From positions 636,553-700,552 of the forward strand of contig CAWDJJ010000003.1 of assembly GCA_963802635.1 (NCBI GenBank): DNA of 64,000 nt, written 5' to 3'. Each line of letters opens with the position of its first letter. Positions within the stretch are counted from its first letter, which is position 1. Position numbers and translations under genes: made by a program. Positions 59,494-64,000 of this stretch are shown piece by piece. The notes under the pieces were generated by a model. The model was not told the DNA's origin and ran no database searches. It saw only the letters and a program-made list of their open reading frames with translations. This stretch comes from an uncultured Chloroflexia bacterium. GTDB taxonomy: Bacteria > Chloroflexota > Ktedonobacteria > Ktedonobacterales > Ktedonobacteraceae.

Positions 59494-59663
59494 AGCCTAT
59501 CTTCCCGGAATCTAGGGATCAAAAGAGTGCGATTTGTAGTGACCGTGCTAAAAAAATACATGCTAGCTCATCGGCCTTTAACTGTGTTATAATGCGCCAG
59601 GAACACTCGTTCTTATTGATCGAACATTGTTGTATCGCTGTGGATGGGGGGAGTAGATACTTT

Positions 59664-61790
59664 ATGTCCATACGCCAACTTGCACCCGATGTGGCCGCTA
59701 AAATTGCTGCCGGTGAAGTGGTCGAGCGACCGGCTTCTGTAGTCAAAGAATTGATAGAAAATAGTATTGATGCCGGTGCAACGCAGATCCGCATAGATCT
59801 GGTGCATGGCGGCTTGCAGCTTATCCGTATCACCGACAATGGCTCTGGTATTCCTGTCGAAGAACTTACCCTGGCTCTAGCTCGTCATGCTACCAGCAAG
59901 GTGACACGCATCAATGATCTGGAGCATATCCGCTCACTTGGTTTTCGTGGTGAAGCTCTTGCCAGCATCGCTGCTGTGGCAGAAGTCAATTTGCTGAGTC
60001 GGCAGCGCGGTGCTGCTCAAGGTGCGCTGATTAGTGCTAGCGGTGGGCAACTCTCCACAATCACGCTTGCAGCATCTCCAGAGGGAACGACTATCACTGT
60101 ACGTGATCTTTTTAGCTCGGTGCCTGCGCGCCTCAAGTTCCTCAAGAGCCGCAATACTGAAGTGAGCCACTGTCATCATCTGCTCGAACAATATGCATTA
60201 GCCTACCCAGAAATCCATTTTAGCGTCTTCAGTGAAAACCGCCAGATCTTTGCGACGCCTGGGGATGGGCAGCTTTCGAGTGTGTTGGTCGAAGTGTATG
60301 GCTTGCCTGTTGTTGAGCAGATGGTACCTATCAGCAGCAGTGAGCGTTCTGCTACTAATGAATATCCGCTTGTCAATGGCTATGTCAGTCGCCCGAGTTG
60401 TTACAAGAGTACGCGCCAGTATATCTCCTTCTTTGTCAATCGACGTTGGGTTTTGAGTCGTATGCTCACCGCAGCCGTAGAAGGTGCGTATCATTCGCTG
60501 TTGCTGACCGGGCGACATCCTATTGCGGTTGTCAACATTGAACTTGATCCGGCATTGTTAGATGTTAACGTGCATCCTGCCAAGACAGAGATTCGCTTTC
60601 TCAAAGAGCGGCGTGTCTTTGCTGCTGTGCTACGCGCTACGCGTGCGGCTCTGTTAGAAGAGCCTGAAGTTCCTCAGTGGCGACCAAAGCAGGAGCAATC
60701 CGCTCGTTTTGCCACTTCTGTTTCAAAAACACAGATTACGCATACTGAAGAGAATCTGGATGAAGATATCTTTGCCGATGACGAAACCAATCAGCAGACA
60801 GAGACTTCAGCAACGACAGCATCGCATGTAGAGACACAGCAGTCATTCCCCATGGACAGTCCCTGGATTACTGTGACTGAGGAAGAAACGGGCACAAAAC
60901 CACCCCTGTCATCCCGTTTGTGGCAGAGTCATATACGCCCTTCTGAGCGTAGCCGTGATGATCGCTCTGACTCGCCACCATTCCCAGGCACTCAACGTCG
61001 CACGCCAGAGAACGCTCCTGACTATAAGCAACGAGAAGTACAGGATACTGCGCGGTTATCTCACACTGAAACTGCGCCACATAATGAGGCACTGTCATCG
61101 GCTAAGCCTGAAGGTTTGCCACAAAGGCAGGATAGAGAACAGCTTGCACCCACTACTGGAGCGGGTGAAGCGCCGCGCGGGGAGGTGGTTGACACACAGC
61201 AAAACCGTCATCTGCCGCGTTTACGTGTGGTTGGACAGGTTGCTCAGAGCTATATTGTTACTGAGAGCAACGATGGCATGTATCTGATCGACCAGCATGC
61301 TGCTCACGAGCGCATCTTATTAGAGCGCATGGTGGCAACGTTGAAAGCCCGCACGCCTATGTCACAGCTTCTGCTTACGCCGATCAAGCTTGAACTGGCT
61401 CCTCGCGAACTGGAAGCTATTGAGGAACATATGTCACAGCTTGAGCATATTGGCTTCGCCCTGGAGATTGCTGATGATGGTGCACTGGATGTGAAAGCGG
61501 TCCCTGGTGTGCTGGTCAAACAGATGAATGTGCGTTCGCTGCACGAACTATTGCTAGATCTGACGGCAGAGGAGAGCCTGGGTCATACGGAAACCTGGGA
61601 GGAGCGGGCGCTGGCAAATGTTGCTTGCAAGGCTGCGATCAAAGCAAATTACTTTTTGACCGTCAGTGAAATGCGCGAGATGCTCGAACAGTTGGAGCAG
61701 ACCAGGGCACCATATAGTTGTTGTCACGGTCGCCCCACAATGGTCCATTTTGACTTATCTACATTGGCGCATGCATTTGAGAGGCGTTAA
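59664..61790 (+). CDS. mutL: DNA mismatch repair protein MutL
   Basis: GHKL ATPase 'IAAGEVVERPASVVKELIENSIDAGAT', 'ITDNGSGI'; C-terminal dimerisation domain; RBS gggggag. Confidence 0.9.
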   Translation: MSIRQLAPDVAAKIAAGEVVERPASVVKELIENSIDAGATQIRIDLVHGGLQLIRITDNGSGIPVEELTLALARHATSKVTRINDLEHIRSLGFRGEALASIAAVAEVNLLSRQRGAAQGALISASGGQLSTITLAASPEGTTITVRDLFSSVPARLKFLKSRNTEVSHCHHLLEQYALAYPEIHFSVFSENRQIFATPGDGQLSSVLVEVYGLPVVEQMVPISSSERSATNEYPLVNGYVSRPSCYKSTRQYISFFVNRRWVLSRMLTAAVEGAYHSLLLTGRHPIAVVNIELDPALLDVNVHPAKTEIRFLKERRVFAAVLRATRAALLEEPEVPQWRPKQEQSARFATSVSKTQITHTEENLDEDIFADDETNQQTETSATTASHVETQQSFPMDSPWITVTEEETGTKPPLSSRLWQSHIRPSERSRDDRSDSPPFPGTQRRTPENAPDYKQREVQDTARLSHTETAPHNEALSSAKPEGLPQRQDREQLAPTTGAGEAPRGEVVDTQQNRHLPRLRVVGQVAQSYIVTESNDGMYLIDQHAAHERILLERMVATLKARTPMSQLLLTPIKLELAPRELEAIEEHMSQLEHIGFALEIADDGALDVKAVPGVLVKQMNVRSLHELLLDLTAEESLGHTETWEERALANVACKAAIKANYFLTVSEMREMLEQLEQTRAPYSCCHGRPTMVHFDLSTLAHAFERR

Positions 61791-61793
61791 CAC

Positions 61794-64000
61794 ATGCTTG
61801 TGACTGTGCTGACTTCTGCTGCTCGCTGGCATAGCGAGCATCCTCTGCTCAGCTATCTTGTGCCGAACGAGTTAGAGGCGGAAGTGTGCATTGGGCAGCT
61901 CGTGGCTGTACCTTATGGAGAGCGTCTTGTTGAGGGCATTATTTGGGATATGCCAGCGGAGCACGAAGTGCACGCTTTGCTGCTTGAAATTGAAAATGCC
62001 GACGAGGGATTGCGTCCCATACGTTCTATTCTGGATCTTGAACCTGCTTTGTTGCCTTATCAAATGGCACTGGCGCAATGGATCGCCGAGTATTACGTAA
62101 CGCCACTGGCTCAGGTTGCTTTGATGATGCTGCCTCCCGGCCTGGTACAGCGTTCGCGTTTCGTCTTGCGCCTGACCGAAAGTGATCCGCTGGTGGTAGA
62201 TGCCGCTATGCAAGACACATCTTTGCAGTTGCGCGCATTGATCGGTCTGTTGCTCTCGGAAGGTGAAATCAACGTTGAGCGCCTGAAAGAGATGCTAGGA
62301 GAGAAGCGCGCCAGGGAGATCGTCAAAGAAGCACGCGCACATGAGCTTATTACGCATGAAGCCATTCTGGACACTCCGCGTGCAAAAGCTCGTGTAAAGC
62401 GTGTTGTACGCATCGTCGCATCCGGGAAGACACTGGAGGCGTGGCGACACAAGCACGAGGCTATAGTACAACATGCTCTGATGGCCGCTGAACCTGTTAG
62501 TCTGGCTCCTGACAATGTGCTGCGACGTCCTGCACAAGGTAAAAAGGGTCACGAGCTGATCAGCCCGTGGACCAGTTCAGCGACGCTGACACTTACGGCG
62601 CAGGATAAAGAGAGTCTCCTGGCACAGCACAGGCTAGCGGCTATCGATCTATTACAACAGAGTACCGGATTGAGCACACCCTGGACGCCGCATGCGCTCT
62701 GTCGTGCCAGTGGGCTGACTGCAGCACAGTTACAGCAACTGGTGCGAGACGATATTATCCGTATCGAGGAGTCTGAAGTACGACGAGATCCCTTAGCGGG
62801 ACGTAACCCGCTTGCCAGTGTCCCGCTGCAGCTCACAACGGACCAGCAATGGGCGCTAGATTGTATTGTTGGGGATGATTATCAACCACAACCGATACTC
62901 CTGCATGGCGTAACTGGTAGTGGCAAAACCGAGGTCTACCTCCAGGCACTGGCGAAGATTATCGCGCAAGGCAAGCGTGGTATAGTCCTGGTGCCGGAGA
63001 TAGCGCTCACCACACAGGCCGTATTGCGTGTTGCGGGACGTTTCCCTAATCGTGTGGCGATCATGCATGGGGAGCTTGGGACTGGTGAGCGCTATGATGA
63101 GTGGCGACGTATCCGTGCTGGCGAGATCGACGTAGTGATTGGTTCGCGCTCCGCTCTCTTTGCGCCTGTACCTGACCTGGGCATTATTATTGTGGATGAA
63201 GAGCATGAAGCCGCTTATAAACAAAACGAGCGCAGGCCGACCTATCACGCTCGTGATGCTGCGCTTGCCCTGGGCACGATCTTGCATATTCCGGTCGTGT
63301 TAGGAAGTGCGACGCCAGCCGTCGAAAGCTTCTATAGGGCGATGCAGAACGACTACCGTATTGTCGAGTTACCGAGTCGTATCGGTGCATCTTTGCCGCC
63401 TGTAGAGATTGTGGACCTGCGTACCGAACTGCATGAGGGCAATACCAGTATTATCAGTCGTCGTTTATTCGCAGAACTTGAGCGCGTTTTACAGCAGAAG
63501 CAGCAGGCCATCCTCTTTCTCAACCGGCGTGGAGCGGCAAGTTGTGTGCTCTGCCGCGATTGTGGCTATGTGGCTATGTGTGATCGCTGTGACATTCCCT
63601 TCACATATCATTCAACTGAACGTATTTTGCTCTGCCATTATTGTGGACAGCGCAGCAAAGTGCTACATTTTTGTCCCAATTGTAAAAGTTCGGGCATGCG
63701 CTACTTTGGTCTGGGGACTGAGAAAGTGCAAGATACCATTCAGCGCAGTTTCCCCACGGCACGCCTCTTGCGCTGGGACCGCGATACGGCGCGCAATCGC
63801 CGTGCTCACGAGCAACTATTAGATCGTTTCGCCAATCGCGAAGCCGACATACTCATCGGTACACAAATGATCGCCAAGGGATTGGACCTGCCGGGTGTCA
63901 CACTGGTTGGTGTTGTTTCTGCAGATATTGCGCTCAACCTGCCCGACTATGCTGCCCCTGAGCGTGCATTCACGTTGTTAACACAAGTTGCCGGGCGCGC
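61794..64000 (+). CDS. priA: primosomal protein N' (replication-restart helicase PriA), 3'-truncated by the window edge
   Basis: open frame from ATG 61794 to the window end, so it is absent from the ORF track; Walker A 'GVTGSGKTEVY', 'IIIVDEEHE' (DEEH), Cys4 zinc cluster 'CRDCG...CDRCD...CHYCG...CPNCKS'. Confidence 0.85.
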   Translation, partial: MLVTVLTSAARWHSEHPLLSYLVPNELEAEVCIGQLVAVPYGERLVEGIIWDMPAEHEVHALLLEIENADEGLRPIRSILDLEPALLPYQMALAQWIAEYYVTPLAQVALMMLPPGLVQRSRFVLRLTESDPLVVDAAMQDTSLQLRALIGLLLSEGEINVERLKEMLGEKRAREIVKEARAHELITHEAILDTPRAKARVKRVVRIVASGKTLEAWRHKHEAIVQHALMAAEPVSLAPDNVLRRPAQGKKGHELISPWTSSATLTLTAQDKESLLAQHRLAAIDLLQQSTGLSTPWTPHALCRASGLTAAQLQQLVRDDIIRIEESEVRRDPLAGRNPLASVPLQLTTDQQWALDCIVGDDYQPQPILLHGVTGSGKTEVYLQALAKIIAQGKRGIVLVPEIALTTQAVLRVAGRFPNRVAIMHGELGTGERYDEWRRIRAGEIDVVIGSRSALFAPVPDLGIIIVDEEHEAAYKQNERRPTYHARDAALALGTILHIPVVLGSATPAVESFYRAMQNDYRIVELPSRIGASLPPVEIVDLRTELHEGNTSIISRRLFAELERVLQQKQQAILFLNRRGAASCVLCRDCGYVAMCDRCDIPFTYHSTERILLCHYCGQRSKVLHFCPNCKSSGMRYFGLGTEKVQDTIQRSFPTARLLRWDRDTARNRRAHEQLLDRFANREADILIGTQMIAKGLDLPGVTLVGVVSADIALNLPDYAAPERAFTLLTQVAGR

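Overview
Dense, mostly housekeeping chromosomal segment. The gene set (RNase Y, RicT/YaaT, PolX, Thermotoga-type DAHP synthase) and the abundant intergenic miniature repeats fit a Chloroflexota (Ktedonobacteria-like) genome, but that placement is inference. About 60 protein genes are supported: sigma-70 sigA, two tandem RelA/SpoT paralogs, tgt, psuG, plsX, mutL, a 5' fragment of priA, rny, lepB, sodA, polX, rplY(ctc), dut, cutA, rsmD, an FtsH paralog, ricT, DAHP synthase, several glycosyltransferases and assorted hypotheticals. No rRNA, tRNA or CRISPR was found. The main non-genic signals are: (i) a candidate ribosome-mediated attenuator with an aromatic-rich 24-aa leader peptide upstream of DAHP synthase; (ii) a MITE-like palindromic repeat family with at least ten copies in 64 kb, all intergenic, which corrupts several ORF-track start calls; (iii) a second small palindromic element at 56.5-56.8 kb; (iv) a repeat-rich, partly decayed 2-kb segment at 22.1-24.4 kb flanked by two copies of an IS-end-like 57-bp sequence; (v) two apparent frameshifts, in a DUF336 gene and in a REC-ANTAR regulator; (vi) coding microsatellites and tandem repeats in the FtsH paralog and in two low-complexity proteins.
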